From Lepidodermella squamata (lineage: Eukaryota > Animalia > Gastrotricha), in NCBI GenBank assembly GCA_047495785.1, contig JBLDXI010000032.1, forward strand, positions 3,410,001-3,474,000: a DNA stretch of 64,000 bases, read 5' to 3'. Of this stretch, positions 12,003-25,500 are shown piece by piece (the stretch's first letter is position 1; the number at the start of each line of letters is the position of its first letter). The notes beneath the pieces were generated by a model. That model was not told the origin of the DNA. It ran no database searches and saw nothing but the letters and a program-made list of their open reading frames with translations. The translations under genes and the position numbers were made by a program.

Positions 12003-12378
12003 GGGAGGCACGGTGGCTCAGTTTGGTCGTTGAGCTACTGTGTTCCTGGTTCCGTCACTAGGACTTGAATCCAGTCCCGAGCGATATCCCCGGGACTGGA
12101 TTCAAGTCCTAGTGACGGAACCAGGATCGAGTCCCCCCTCGGCCCCGCGGTGGTTTTACCAATCCATCGCGTTACAAAATAGAAAATTGGGAGGCTGGGA
12201 GTGTCAGCTAGACTGCACCAGTCGAAATCCGTCTTACGGAAATGTTCATCTCACTCACTTACGTTAAGACCTAGGGTTAGAGTAAGCGGCATGCCCTTAG
12301 TAGTAAGAAAAACCGATACTGGCCCGATGGCCTGCCCAGAAGCTTGGAACTCCAACGAAGCTGAATATAGATGACCTG
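12003..12378 (+). mobile_element. Putative tRNA-derived SINE or Pol III structured RNA containing a perfect 36-bp hairpin
   Basis: A-box-like TGGCTCAGTTTGG (12014-12026). B-box-like GGATTCAAGTCC and GGATCGAGTCC. Perfect inverted repeat 12044-12079 / 12091-12126. Series of short hairpins downstream. 3' boundary approximate. Confidence 0.5.
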
Positions 12379-12678
12379 ATAATTCGAATTAAATTAAATT
12401 GAAATTCAAGTGACAGCGCGTAAATGGGCGGGGGTCTGGCAATGGTCTATAAATGGTCGTAAATGGTCTATAAATAATAGTAATGTGGTTGTTTTGGCGC
12501 GTCGCTAACGATGTGTTAATGCTTCAAGCTTGGAGGAGGAAAGGGCGTTTGGCCCAGCCAAGTGCCAATGTTTTGTAAACTTTTATAATCCGATGATCTT
12601 TAAAAGCTTCTTCGTAAGAAATATTGCTCTAAACTACCCTTTTCTCGGATGCCGCCGCCCTCACAGAGTTCTGCATAA

Positions 12679-12927
12679 TTGCGCGTAATTGCGACGATTG
12701 CGGACGCGATTGTCAAAGCGCTCGGTCAAGTGCTCCAGGCCAACTGTTGGGCACAAGGTGTTCGCAACGCGGACATGAGGCTGGTGTTGGTTAAGGAGGA
12801 TTTGCACGACCAAGTGCGCTCGGATTTAACCACGCTGCAGGTGACTGGCTCGGAAGCGGTGTTTGGGCGGGATGTTGAGCTCTTCATCGCCAAGTGGCGC
12901 AGGCTTGGAGGAATAGTAATGGAGTGA
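12679..12927 (+). pseudogene. Mutator-like (MULE) transposase remnant
   Basis: ADAIVKAL..CWAQGVRN..VRSDLTTLQ..F..ELFIAKW resembles the degenerate CxxH region and following helices of invertebrate MULE transposases. No intact ORF. Confidence 0.45.
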
Positions 12928-13864
12928 GCACTGCTCTATTAACGAATCGTATCGCGCGCACGACGGGGGGCGCGCCGCTCGCCTCGCACACGTGTCACAA
13001 ACTCACGCTTTTTAGCGTTGCATCTCGCTAAGCCAAACACGTTGGTACCGTTTTTTTGAAGACGGTAAATGATAATTTGATTTGATGAAAATTCTGAGGC
13101 TATAGCTTACATTCATGATTACACTCGAAAGCTGCGAGAAGAAAACGCGGAATTCGAACGTCAGGCTCAGGCCCAGAAGGCAGCTGATCTGCCCTTTCGC
13201 TTCTTCCACTTCATTGTTACACTTATTTTTCCAGATATTACGACTTGTACAAAACGACGGCGTTGTCGTTTCTACTCAAATGCCCATCCTTCCTTCCACT
13301 TCCTCACCAGACTCTCAACAAAATCGTGCCGTACGAATACCCATTCGGTTCCCATTGTTCTCCGCCAACAGCTTGGCCGGCCCTTGTGCGGTGAAGCGTG
13401 ATTCGGAGAAATTCGTTAATTTTGCAGTAAATGTCGCACACGGGCACATTTCAGACCGGCCTGAGCGCGGAGTGGTAAAGTGCTGTTACCCGACCGCATA
13501 CGGGCCGGCCCGAACGCGTACGGGCCGAAATCGATCTCGGGCCCCAACAATTCCAATGGCCAGCCTTTCAATCACAGTCCTGTCAGCGCCTGCCGACACT
13601 CGAATTTATCTGCTACGTCATGTTTATGCTGCTTCAATTGTACCACGATAAGGTAAAATTTGTTCATTTTTCGCGACTCGCATTTAACTATATACAGTTT
13701 TAACAGTTAAGGAACCAGTGTCATGGCGCTGCGGCCAAGCCTCAATACCAATCAAGAGCGACTACTGCCATTTCACGACCGGCCTCACTCAGTGGCACAA
13801 GTATTTGCAACAGTTGAGGTGAATGAAATTAAAGGCTGCGTTTTTTCGGAAACAATGTATTTAC

Positions 13865-14047
13865 GGGGTGGTGATCGTACGGACCTTAACTTAACTGGTA
13901 ACATTTCAGATAAGATCACTTTGCTAAGTTGACCTTAAATTGGTTTGTGATCGAAACTCACCTTATCAAAGGCGCCCTCAGTTAAGGTCCACTTAAAGGA
14001 ATGTTATCGTACCTTATCCGGATCTCGATACCGTTCTATCACCAACC
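13865..14047. mobile_element. Degenerate Harbinger-like MITE
   Basis: Imperfect TIR GGGTGGTGATCGTACGG / CCGTTCTATCACCAACC and internal CCTTAA/TTAAGG repeats; TSD not clean. Confidence 0.35.
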
Positions 14048-16123
14048 TTAGCGTTTTACTGAGATTCGTAAGTTGAGTGATCAAAGTTAATGTGACCTTA
14101 AGTGATTGCGCAACAATGCCAAAAGATGGCCTGATTTCTAGAGACAAATTTGTGTCCCAATTATTAGTCCTATATTTTCATTGGTCAAGATTAGAAGCTT
14201 TGTAATCGATTCTATTTTATTTCTAGTATTGCGGAACCCATATTTTCTCCGCGATGCTCCACTAATTCAAGATCGCTCACCTGTCCGTAGCCGCTAAAAC
14301 TTTCACTAAGATAAGAAAAATCGTGATACGATCACCCAACTTATAATTTCTTCATTGTCGATCATTATTTTTGCGTAATTTACAGGAAAACTCGACACCA
14401 ATGCCTTGGCATAGGTCCGCAGTGGCACGACAGAGTCGTCGACGCCCGGTAAACCCGGTTTTTCCTCGTGAAATATCGACAACCAGTTGGCTGAGGGACC
14501 TCTCGAGTTGATGGCGAAAGTGCCAAATTGGTGGAAGAAAGAATTTTCCCGTGCCCTAATTGATGGCAGGTCATTTGAGTTGAATAGAGCCCTGAAAAAG
14601 TGAAAACCTGTCACGCGACCGAGATAGCAAAAGTTTGATGTTTATTACTTTTCTGACGAAGAAACAAAGAAGCCTCCACATTGAAAGCTAGATTTTATTG
14701 TGTCATCTTAGCCGCGTACTCCTGGAAAATCGGTGTAATGTTCCAAATTCCTACCTACATCAGTTTACATGTGAGAGTCTCGACCTTTCGTTTCCAGTTT
14801 CATTACGAATTGCGATTTCGAATTTGCGATTTCGCCTGTCGGCTCCGTCCTTTAATTAGTCGGCTCTTGCAATGGTATCACGAATCGTTTCGAGTTTTAG
14901 TTTTGAGTTTGAAATTCACATCTTACCTTGCTTTTCAAGGTGGAACAATAGAAACAATGCCCTCATCTAGTCCGTGATCTAGTCGAGTGACCTTGGAAAG
15001 AGTCGATATGTTGCAAAATTGCTTCATCAGGTGACAAACAGTGGCTTTTTCGAGCCGTTTCGACCGCTAAGCGGTGAAAAAGAACCACCTTAAAAAGGTG
15101 CTCTCAAGTTACTGACAAATTTCTCATTTTCTTCTACGTCGATTGCAAATGCCGGGCATTGGACTCAGCGCGAGACTGCGTGCTTACCATCTGTAATCTG
15201 ACCGCGGTTTCTGGCGGGAGTCTAGCCTCACTCTGGCGATCATCGGAAATTCGATCGAAATATAATTGATTAAGCCTTATTGTTAATACGAATAGCTGTA
15301 TAAGTAGGGGTCAATGGTAACAATTTACGTCGATTCGATGTGGAAAAATGTTTATTTTCAGTTTTGAACACTTACACAGCGATAAGAGCATAATGCATAA
15401 TCCACATTTAATGGATGTATATCTTTCGAGTACAGAGCTGAAAACAGGTAGCTTTTTCCAATACAACTTGACCGGGCCGAGATTTTCTTGCTAAACCCCA
15501 CCTAAACCGGCAGGTGTAATTTTTTTCCCGGCCAGTATTTGCCCTAGCTGGCATTGACGCAAGCTTGGTGCAACCCTGACCCATAGCGTTATCCTGTTTT
15601 TCTATTGATCGATGATGAGGGCAGCGGAAAAAACGAGAAACAGAGTTGAATAAAAGTGGGCCAAGATAAGCGAGGCTGGTTTGACCTGTTGTTCTTGGGA
15701 TCTTAAAGGTGCGCTGCGTGAGCGATTTGTGTGACTGGGTGTAAAGATGGCTTTATAAGGGCGCCTTTCCCACAATATGTCAATTCATTTTGTGACTTGA
15801 TGAATGTTTCTTTTTCCTCCGATTGCTAGCCGAACGGCTTTTAGCCTCGCAGAGGCAAACGAATTTAAATTATTAAACTGCGATATTGATCGGCCGTAGT
15901 CACGTACTTCAACGATTGATTCGACGAAATGCATGGTCGATGGCCCTAGTTTTTTACTAATGCGCGCCGTTACTTTTATTTATGAGGCTCCATGGCTACA
16001 AAAATAAATGGTCTTCACCGGGCGAAATACAGACACCGGTGGAAGACTCTCGCGGGCTGAGCTAAATCGAAGAATTGAACTGCTGTTTGTCTATTCCAAA
16101 CAACATTTATAGGCAAATACGCC

Positions 16124-19100
16124 ATGACTGCCAATGCTTGGGCTCAAACCGAGGCCAGGAAGGTAACATTCGTGGATTACATGGAATTTCTTCTTCACTT
16201 TCAGTCAATTTCAGGCTGCCAGACAAATTTACGGTGAAAATCGAGCTACTTTTGCCCCATATGTCCGAACTCATTTTAATAAAGTCCCCCCTCGAAAAAA
16301 TGAGCAAATCGACGCAAATCTCCGCAACGAGCCGAATGAGTCTTTCGGTAGCATTCATCTCCCCGGTAGTCCTCGGCGTCCGTATTTAAGAGTCGATGGT
16401 CGACGGCAGGATTTGGAGTATTTCGAGAAAGTTTATCAGGTTCTGACGTCACATTGGGGTCTTCCAGTTCCTCAGTTCATTCTCGAAGTAACAGGCTCCG
16501 CTGAAGATCTTGTTATGGACTCAGATCCAGCGAAAAATGAGCAGCTGCTTCTCGAACTTGAAAGCTACGTCAGGCATATGGTACAAACTGAAAGCCAAGA
16601 ACATGTTTGGGTCATAACTGGTGGTGGTGATGGCGGTGCCATGCGAATGGCGGGACAGGCCTTGGCCGGAATCAGCCACCTTGCACCTTGCATTGCCGTC
16701 ACCCCCTGGTGCTCGAACCTTGCCGGGCGAGAATTGCTTAGAAATGGCAGCAATAAAAGTTCAGTCCTCTATACACCTCCACCGACCAACGAGAAGCAGA
16801 TTTCACTGAACATGGACCATATCTGCTTCATTCTGGTTGATCAAGGTGTCGAGGAGAAAGGATGGGGCCAAGAGGTAGAGTTTCGCAGTGCCTTCATTGA
16901 CTACGTCTGCCGACAGAAGTTCTCCGAGCAAATACCTGTCGCTTTGGCTCTTTTTGGCGGGGGTAAAATCACACTGAAGACAGTGAATCAAACTATTTCA
17001 ACATCTCAAGAGGATCTAAATGCCGGCCGTTTCAACGAACCTCGCCCTGTAATTGTGTTTTCTGGAACCACTCGAGCAGCAGAGTGCATTTCTTTTGTAC
17101 TGAAATCTTACAAGCCGGAGCTAACAAGTATCGACAGTCTGGCCGAGGAAATTAAAACGCGGTATTTCTCTGAAATTTTCATGAGCGGCCCACCGGAGGA
17201 AAAGTTTGTAAAAAGGGTGCTGGAATATTTGCGCAATATTGCAATGCGGCGGCATATGGTCACTGTCGTAAACGCATTTTCTGAGAACCGACAACAGAGA
17301 GTTAACATATCACATTTTGAAACGCGTCTGACTCCTCAACAGCGAACGTGCCAGTTCGTAGACAATAACTTCGTTCACAAACGATGCGAAAAGTTCGAGC
17401 TGATCTCGGAGGAAGAGAAGAAGAGGATTGAAGTTAATTTGCTCAAGAAAATGAACCTCGAAAGGTTGTGCAAATGTGGTCGAGATGACCACCCCTTGTT
17501 AGATCAAGATCAGTCAAAGTGGGACCATTCTCAGCGTGTCGGTACTTTGTACTTCTACGGAGACCCCTCTGTCAATTCAGCCTCTCTTCAATCATTTGTG
17601 CCGTGCTACAGCAAATTCATACGTCTGCCGTATGACAAAGAGGCAGCCACTGATTTTTATTTCGAAAAAGTGTTGACTCTGCTGTTCGAATTCTGGCAGA
17701 TGCAAAAACCTCAAATGCTCATCGAAGTAACTGGAACAGCAGCTGATATGAGGCAAGTCGATAATTCGATTCTTCAACAGCTGAAGGTAGGCCTTGTTCG
17801 AGCTGCAAAGAAAGCTAAGGCGTGGCTAATCGCTGGAGGGACCAATACGGGCATCATGAAACTGATGGCCGATGCAGTTCACGAGGACCGGGTCACCCAT
17901 GGTGGTATTGGTGTCGATTGTCTTGGCATTGCTCCTTATGGCATGATGGAGAACCGGCATACTATCTTTGACAAGACAAACGTTAAAGATGGCCTTGTGA
18001 AGTATCCCTACAAGAATGATGAGGACTACGGCAAGCGATTTGCTAATGGGGCGGTGTACGAACTGAACCCTGGCTACAATCATTACATTCTGGTGGATAC
18101 CGGTAAAGAGAATCGTTTCATGGAAGAGATTGATTTTCGGTCCAAACTGATTGGGTACTTGTCGCGGCAAAAGCCCTTCAAAACGAAAACCGGCAGCGAT
18201 CAAACCCCTCTTGTGCTCCTTGTTGTAGGCGGTGGTCCCGGCACGCTGAAAACGATCGTAGACTCCCTAAGAGCGAGTAAACGCCCCGTTGTAATCTTGA
18301 AAGGTTTCGGGGGTCTCGGCGATTTCCTCGCAGATTTTTCGGCAAGCCTTGATGATCCAAGTCTTGCAAAAGACTTGCCGAAGCATAACTACATCGAAGC
18401 CATAGCAATACGAGAGAAGCATACTCGCAAGAACGACGCAATCTACAAGAGCGATTTGGAAGCTGTTGTGACCGAGATTTTCAACGACAGGAGCTTGATC
18501 ACGATTGTCGACATGTCTACCACTGAATCTATGGCAGCGCAATCATTAGATGATTGCATCATTGAGGCTATCTTCAAGGTTGCCCCAAGCCCCGATAATG
18601 AAGCCGCTGGACTAGAGCGATACGTCAAGAGCAGCTTTGAGCTCGCTTTGAAGTGGAACCGGAGCAATGCAGCACGTAGATTTCTTGCTGATCCTAGAGC
18701 TTACAAAGTCATCCAATCTGCGAAACTTACTGGGTCGGAAGCTGGTCAACTACTGGTAGACAGGGCGATGACATTTGCAATTAAGAGAGACCAGCCGAAG
18801 CTGTTTAAGCTATACATTCAGACTGGCCTTGTAGAACCGAGGAAATTCTTCTACAGCGATAATCCAAATCAAGTCGCCATCGTCTATCATAAGCTTTTCT
18901 GGCATCCATCATCTTGGCTAAACCACAAAAAGGTTGTTCCAACACGAAATCGCACGCTGTTTCAGCACATTTTAGAAGCTTACCACGGCCGGCCCAAAGT
19001 TGGAAAGAACATGGCTTTTAGGTTCAACTACGAAGCAGATTCTCATGAGCCACTCTTGGCGATAATGGACGCTGTCGAGCCAGCTTTTCGGGCGTTTTTC

Positions 19101-21266
19101 TGCTTGCCCGCAACTCTGAATTTGAAGGCAAAGGCGGAAATACGACGCCTTCGATTCAGCAAACAGAAGACTAAACAGGAAGATGATTTCTTGTTCGAGC
19201 TAGCTGTTCGAGACATTTTTCTCTTGATGTTACTGCTTTCGAGGGATGAATTCGCTGTTGCTGTCTGGAGCACAGCTCAAACTGGTGATTTTCTCGGAAC
19301 ATGCGTTATGGCTGTCCTTTTCCTGGAGAAGCTAGCTAGTGCAGCTGACGGTATTCGAAGGCGAGACTTGTACGACGACTACAAGGAGATGGCCGAGTTT
19401 GTTTTCACTGAATTTTATAACAGATGAATTGTTTCAATTTTAAATGAATTATAGGAAATGGGAACAACGAGCTTTGGCCATAATTCAAAGCTTGTCCGAA
19501 AGCCAATCTCAACGGTTGGGCATCCTATTAACACGGAGCTTGCGTACTTGGCATGGTGCCAATATTCTTCAAATGGCATTTCATGGCGACCGCCTCAGTA
19601 TCATGTCTCATTCTGCAGTTCAAATTGAGCTGGAAAAAGTTTGGAAGGGTGTTTCAATGGAACAAGAGGCGGCCGTTAAGCCGTCGAAGAAGCGGACGCT
19701 GAAGAATATCGTTACGGCTGTCACAGGTTTTCGAGCAGCACTCAAAGCTCCTTCGACACTGTCCCACAGTAGCACAAGTGCTGCCCATGTCAAACCTGTG
19801 GTGAAGACTCACGATGTGGAGACGGGAAATGCATGCTTGTGCTGCCGAACTGCAACAGTCAAACCATGGACTCAAAAGCAACAAATTTATCAGCATAAAC
19901 AGCAGTTGTCGGCCGACAAAAAGACCGCTGAATATGTTGCGATGTTTTACCGAACCAGCCCGCGTGTCAAGTTCACGTTCTTTGCCTTTGCTCTCCTAAT
20001 CTTCCTGTTCGTACTATTCGGAGACGTCATTTACATCACCCACGAACCGCAGACTTGTCGAGTTGGTCCAAGTTGGCAAATGATCTACATCTGGATTACC
20101 ACGCTCATGTTTGTTTCCGATGCGTTCCACGAAATTCGCATTTTTGACCGAATATCCTGGGACAATGGCACTACGCTGATAGGAGCCTTGCTTATGTTCG
20201 TATCCTTCGTACTGCGAATGATCTGCTACAACGTTAGTGGCGACGTCGATCCGCTTATTTTCAGCTTCTCCAGAATCTTATACGCTATATCAAGCATCTT
20301 CTTGTGGTTCAAATGCTTCCGTCTGCTTTTTGTGTTCAAAAAAATTGGTCCGATGGTTTTGACTCTATTTGAAATGGTAACATTTTCCAAAATTTTCCAA
20401 TCACTTTTTCAAATAAGTACTTATGTTCAAGTTCAATGACGTCATCTTTTTCGCAATTTTACATTTCATCATTTTGTTTGCATTCGCTGGACCAATCTAT
20501 GGGTTATCGGCCATGCCGCTGAATCGCGATGGTCACGGCAACACGGACGAATACTTCGCGCTGATGGCCAGTGTTATCTACGATCGATGGTGGAACATAG
20601 TCGGCATATCCCTCGATAGATCCACCAGTTTGGGCGAGACATGCGAGAACGTCATTTCCCCAACAAAAGCCTTCGAAAAAGAGCCCGATAATACTTCCAA
20701 TTCAACCGGTTTCAATGACACAAACACTTCATTTTTTGCTCTGATGTCTACAACCGGTGCCCCGACTGAGGCTAGTGGTAGCTGCGACTACAGGAGCGTT
20801 GTTTCGAGCATCCTACTGATGGCTTTCCTCTTGCTCACAAACATAGTTCTGCTGAATATGTTAATTGCTAGTTTCAGTTTGACTATCAGCGAGTATCAAG
20901 GCAAAGCCGAGGAGTTGTGGAAATTCGGCCGATATCACTTGATCCGCAGTTTCGCTGAAAAGCCAGTCATGCCTCCACCTCTGAATATTTTCGAGCTGAT
21001 TTTCTTCAACTCTAACGTTTTCGGACGATGCATTCCTCATAAATGGAGCACGAGCTTGGGTGAGAAAATGAAAGTAATGAACAAGCCATATTATTGAAAT
21101 TTTTTAATTTTTAGAAACTCATTTTATTGGCGAGTCAGACAGCTTTGATCCTGACTTAGAGGAGCAGGGCGATGAGAGCACGTGGGTCAACAAACGCGAG
21201 CTGTCTAAATTCCGCTATCGAGAGCTAAATTTTATCGAAAAAACTGCTGCCTCTAAAATTGTGTGA
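16124..21266 (+). CDS. TRPM-family cation channel with two tandem SLOG/MHR1-2 domains
   Basis: ATG 16124; introns ~16163-16214, ~19397-19455, ~20377-20430, ~21060-21114. Two SLOG motif sets, ALKWNRS (MHR3), six TM segments and a TRP box. Stop TGA 21264-21266. Confidence 0.92.
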
Positions 21267-22510
21267 GAATAATTTATGGTAAATAATAATAAAACGCGTT
21301 CATCAAGTGCATCTCGCGCACCTGTGTATCTCTAAATAATGTTGTACTCGACGAACTAGTGTCAGAAATAAAGAAATGAAGCGCGATTTTGTTTACTGGG
21401 AACAATCGATGCAGAAAATTGTAAGATTTTGTTGTTTACATGTTGAGATTTTACTCAATTTTTCAGCATTATTTTGCGGGTTGCCTTTAAACTAATTTAG
21501 CGCCTGGTTAAGCGGAAATTTTGCGACTAATAAAATCTTCCTATCCGGATTTCCGGGCAACAATTGGTTAACCAGAAAAATCTTTTGATAATATAAAATC
21601 ATTGGAATCGATCTTTTCTACGTTAATGACGCTGTTTGCGCGACTTTTAATTGCGACAAAAATGCAAGCGGCTGTAATCAATTGATTACCAGGCAGCGCG
21701 AAAGTCGAAATTGGATGTGTACGAAAGAAACGGCGACCATCGCCTCTTTTATTTTATTATGCACGAGGACAGAATGCTAGCCGGCAGAACTAAAGCAAAC
21801 TGGGCGCTGCCGCTATAAGCCATTTCACATGCATATACTCGTGGCATGTAACGATGCGCTATGATTATGACGAATGGCTATTTTCCGCGGTGAAGAACGG
21901 AGAAGTTCGCAAGAACAATCATCGATATACTTACGCAGCGCGCGGCATCGATTTTTTTGTCGGACCCACCCCACACTCCCGGCATTGTTTCGCGCGTACG
22001 GCGTGAGGCTGGGATTTTTGCGGCCTGGCGCAAGTATATGGCTGACTGCGCGCCTTAAAAATAATGCGACATCGTAAGTATGCCCACACATGCTTATATC
22101 GGAAAGAGGCGACTTGGCTACGAAATCATCGGCAGTAGTAGTAGGAGCGATTCTGCAATAATATTTCACAATGTCCCTAAGGACCGTTTTATTACACCGC
22201 GTTATTATTTCAGTATATAAAAAGACGCTGAACAAAATATATAAGGAAGATGGCGTTATATACATAGGACGAAAGTTATTATATTATATTATCGTCATTT
22301 ATTACTTGGCATATATATCGGCGATCGCGGTTTTGTTTATGGCTCGGCCTAGCTAGCTGCTGTGTTGTCCAGCGGAACGACGGGCCCGGCAACAGTACGA
22401 GATGAGATGCGTGACGTCTCGTCGAAGCAATCCGCACAAGAAATAAATAATCTGAATTACTAAACTGCTATAAATCGCTATTTTTCGCCTCGCCTCAACC
22501 ATCACATATT

Positions 22511-25500
22511 ATGGCGGCGTCTTTAAACTGCTCATTCAAGCGTGGCGCAACCCTACTGCTACCTTTCTTGATGTGTTTTTTGACCGGTAAGCTTTGTTAT
22601 AAAATGCACTCAAAGTTGTGGCTGAATGATGATTTCAGCTCGGGCAAAGGATTCCGATCGCACCTTCTGCGGCACTGGAACTCCGCGTTCAGCTCTCAGT
22701 GAACATTTCGGAAGGGGAATTTGCTCAGATAGATACTACCAATGTCCTCAGTGCATCAACACCGATACAGGGTACAAATGCCGATGTGGTATAGGATTCA
22801 GTTATCGACCTAAGAACAGCATGTGTGTTGGTGAGTTGAAGTTTAATTTGAATTTTCGAATAATTTAAACTCCCTTTCAGCAACATCCCTCGACTCGAGC
22901 ATAGAATTTCGTCGTAAAGTGAGAGAAAGCGACTACCCTAGCTATACCCTATTGATAGGGACTGTCATTCCCTCACTAACCCAATTCACAATCTCGTTTC
23001 GTGTTCAGGTGAACTGCGTTTTCGTACTAAATTTAGGTCCAGCATAACCAATTTTTCGGTCTAGGTTACAAATTCAAGTATTCCGGGAACAATTTTATCT
23101 TACACACCTAATGGTCGACCGATCCCAGCAATTGAGATCATATCAGGACCTACCTTTCGGCTTCGATTGCTCGATACATTTTACGACACCAAGATCGTTT
23201 TCACGCCGTATCGTTGGTACCACATCGTTTGGACTTGGAGCCACGCAAGTAAGAATTTTGATAGGCCACTAAATACTTATTGAACTCCCTTTGACAGCAA
23301 ACCAGAATTTTCCCACGTTAAATTCACCTTATATATAATACTCTGCATATAGTTTTTCATTACAGCTTTTTTCTATTACCGATTAATTGATTTACGACTA
23401 GTCCTTTCTGATGCGGCCGGTTTTGTAATATTTCTTTACGACTTTGATTTTGTAGCGCCCCCTAACACGCCTCCTTGCCCGACATGTAAGCCGAGTTGTG
23501 TTTGGTTACATTTTGCAGAAAATCACTTGTTTGACGGCAACTTGCATTACATTACTTAAATTTCACTGTTAAATTAGTGTTGTTCGGTTTAGATTTTGTT
23601 TTTATGATAATATATTATTTCAGTTTTTTTGCAATTGATTTTCGCATTTATATCTATTTCTACGCAAAAAATGCTTGTTAAAAAATTTAATTGTATCGAT
23701 GAAAATCGCATTTTTCCACTAGTCCGTAACCAGAAAAAATCGCATCGTAGCGGTCTGTGGTCTGAATGTAAATACCGGGAAAGCTTATTATGCAAGAGCA
23801 AGATACTTCAACGCACAATGCATCAATTCTTTCTCTACGAAACAAAACACCTGTTTTTCTCTGCAACTTTTCGGCAACAATTTCACGAACTTTTCTACTC
23901 GAGTGTGCATTTAATAGCGGTGATGATGATCCCGAGATATAACCATCAACTTATTGATTTCGTGTTTTGCATCACGTTTGAACTTATCACGTCTGACCGT
24001 AGCTGCAAATGTTAATTGGTCATATTTTAATCGCCACTTTGTGTTTTGTTTTCCTCACAATTTAAGGTGGGCAATGGCGCCTGTACGTAGATTCGCAAAT
24101 CGTCCAAACTAGCCATACGATTCGAGGTGCATCGCGTCATAACGGCGTCGGGGGAGTTAAAATCCCACATGGTGGTAAATTAATCTTGGGCCAATCGGCT
24201 CAGGATGATAACGACGGATTTAGAACCGAGCATTCTTTCGACGGCTGGCTGGCCTACGTCAACATATGGAACGAGCAGCTTACCGCCGAGGAGGTGAAAG
24301 ACCTCTACAACGACTGCCAGAGCTATAAATGTGGCAACCTTGTACAATGGACTCAGTTCCGGGCTGGAACTAGAGGTTCCGCCCGCATTCGCTGGCCAAT
24401 CAAAATATTTGGTATCAAAATCCGCCTTAATTTAAATTTCAAATAATTATTCTCCATTAGATTCTCAATGCTTCGAGGAAGAAAGCAGCGGGGCAGCTTG
24501 TGAAGAATTTTGTCAGATCGTCCATGGTATGTTGTGATGATCTGATAACGAAGATCATCAAAGATCACAAAATATCACAAAAAAATAGCGGATAACAGTT
24601 TTCCTTTCCGCATAATTTAAATCTCACAGATTTAATGAAATTTTGTATGAAAATGCATTATTATTCCACCACAGGTCACGTTGGTAAGCTTTAAATTCAA
24701 CCATGTCAACTTTGCCAAGAAATTAACCGCTAATTTTTATTAAAACACCGAGCGCGACACCGATTGAAATCAGTTCTTTGAGTTGTCCTCAACTATTACT
24801 GTTATATTAATCACTAGTTTTCGTGCGGATTTAAATGGCAAATCTTTCAATGCTATATATTTATATTTATATTATATTGTTTGAGTGGCTTTTTAATTGC
24901 TGATATAAGTTTAATCGGACCATCAAGTTCGCTGTAATGGCTGCGTTGACCACGTCTGAATTTTCTCGGAAACTTAGTTTCTGATCACAGGGTGGGATAT
25001 TTTGTCATTGTGTTTAGCTGGGTTAGCATATTGCAATTCAATTAGCCATGTAGGTGCAGCTTTAATTGTTTGCAATTTCTCATTGTATGGTAAAGTTGGG
25101 GTCTTTTTAACGTATAACTTATAGTATCTGATTGCCAGGTGAGAAATTAGAAAAGTGCTGAATCTATCTAATTGGATAAATAATGGATTAAGGCGATATA
25201 TGTTTTATTAATTTTGTGTTAAGGTGGAACAGACTAAAATTGTCGGGTTTAAAACAGTGATTTTCTATATGTCTGAGAGTTCTCACTTGGCTATGCCTTT
25301 AAAACACCAAAAAACAAATATCACATTGCCACTGGAAATGGATACCGAATAGTAAAATGCTAGCTTTCGGTGAATTGAAATGTCCTTTCAAATTTCAGGT
25401 CGCTATTGTCCCAGCCTCATCGATTCAAACGTGTATTGGCCACGGACGGTTGAGGGCAACTACGCTATCGTGCCATGCCCGGGGACACCCTATCACAAGG

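Noticed and set aside
12200-12245. Hairpin-GAAA-hairpin resembling a hammerhead ribozyme
   Set aside because: No CUGANGA core upstream and no NUH cleavage triplet in position.
14400-15580. hAT-like right end (TGCAACCCTG near 15578)
   Set aside because: No matching left TIR or TSD found.
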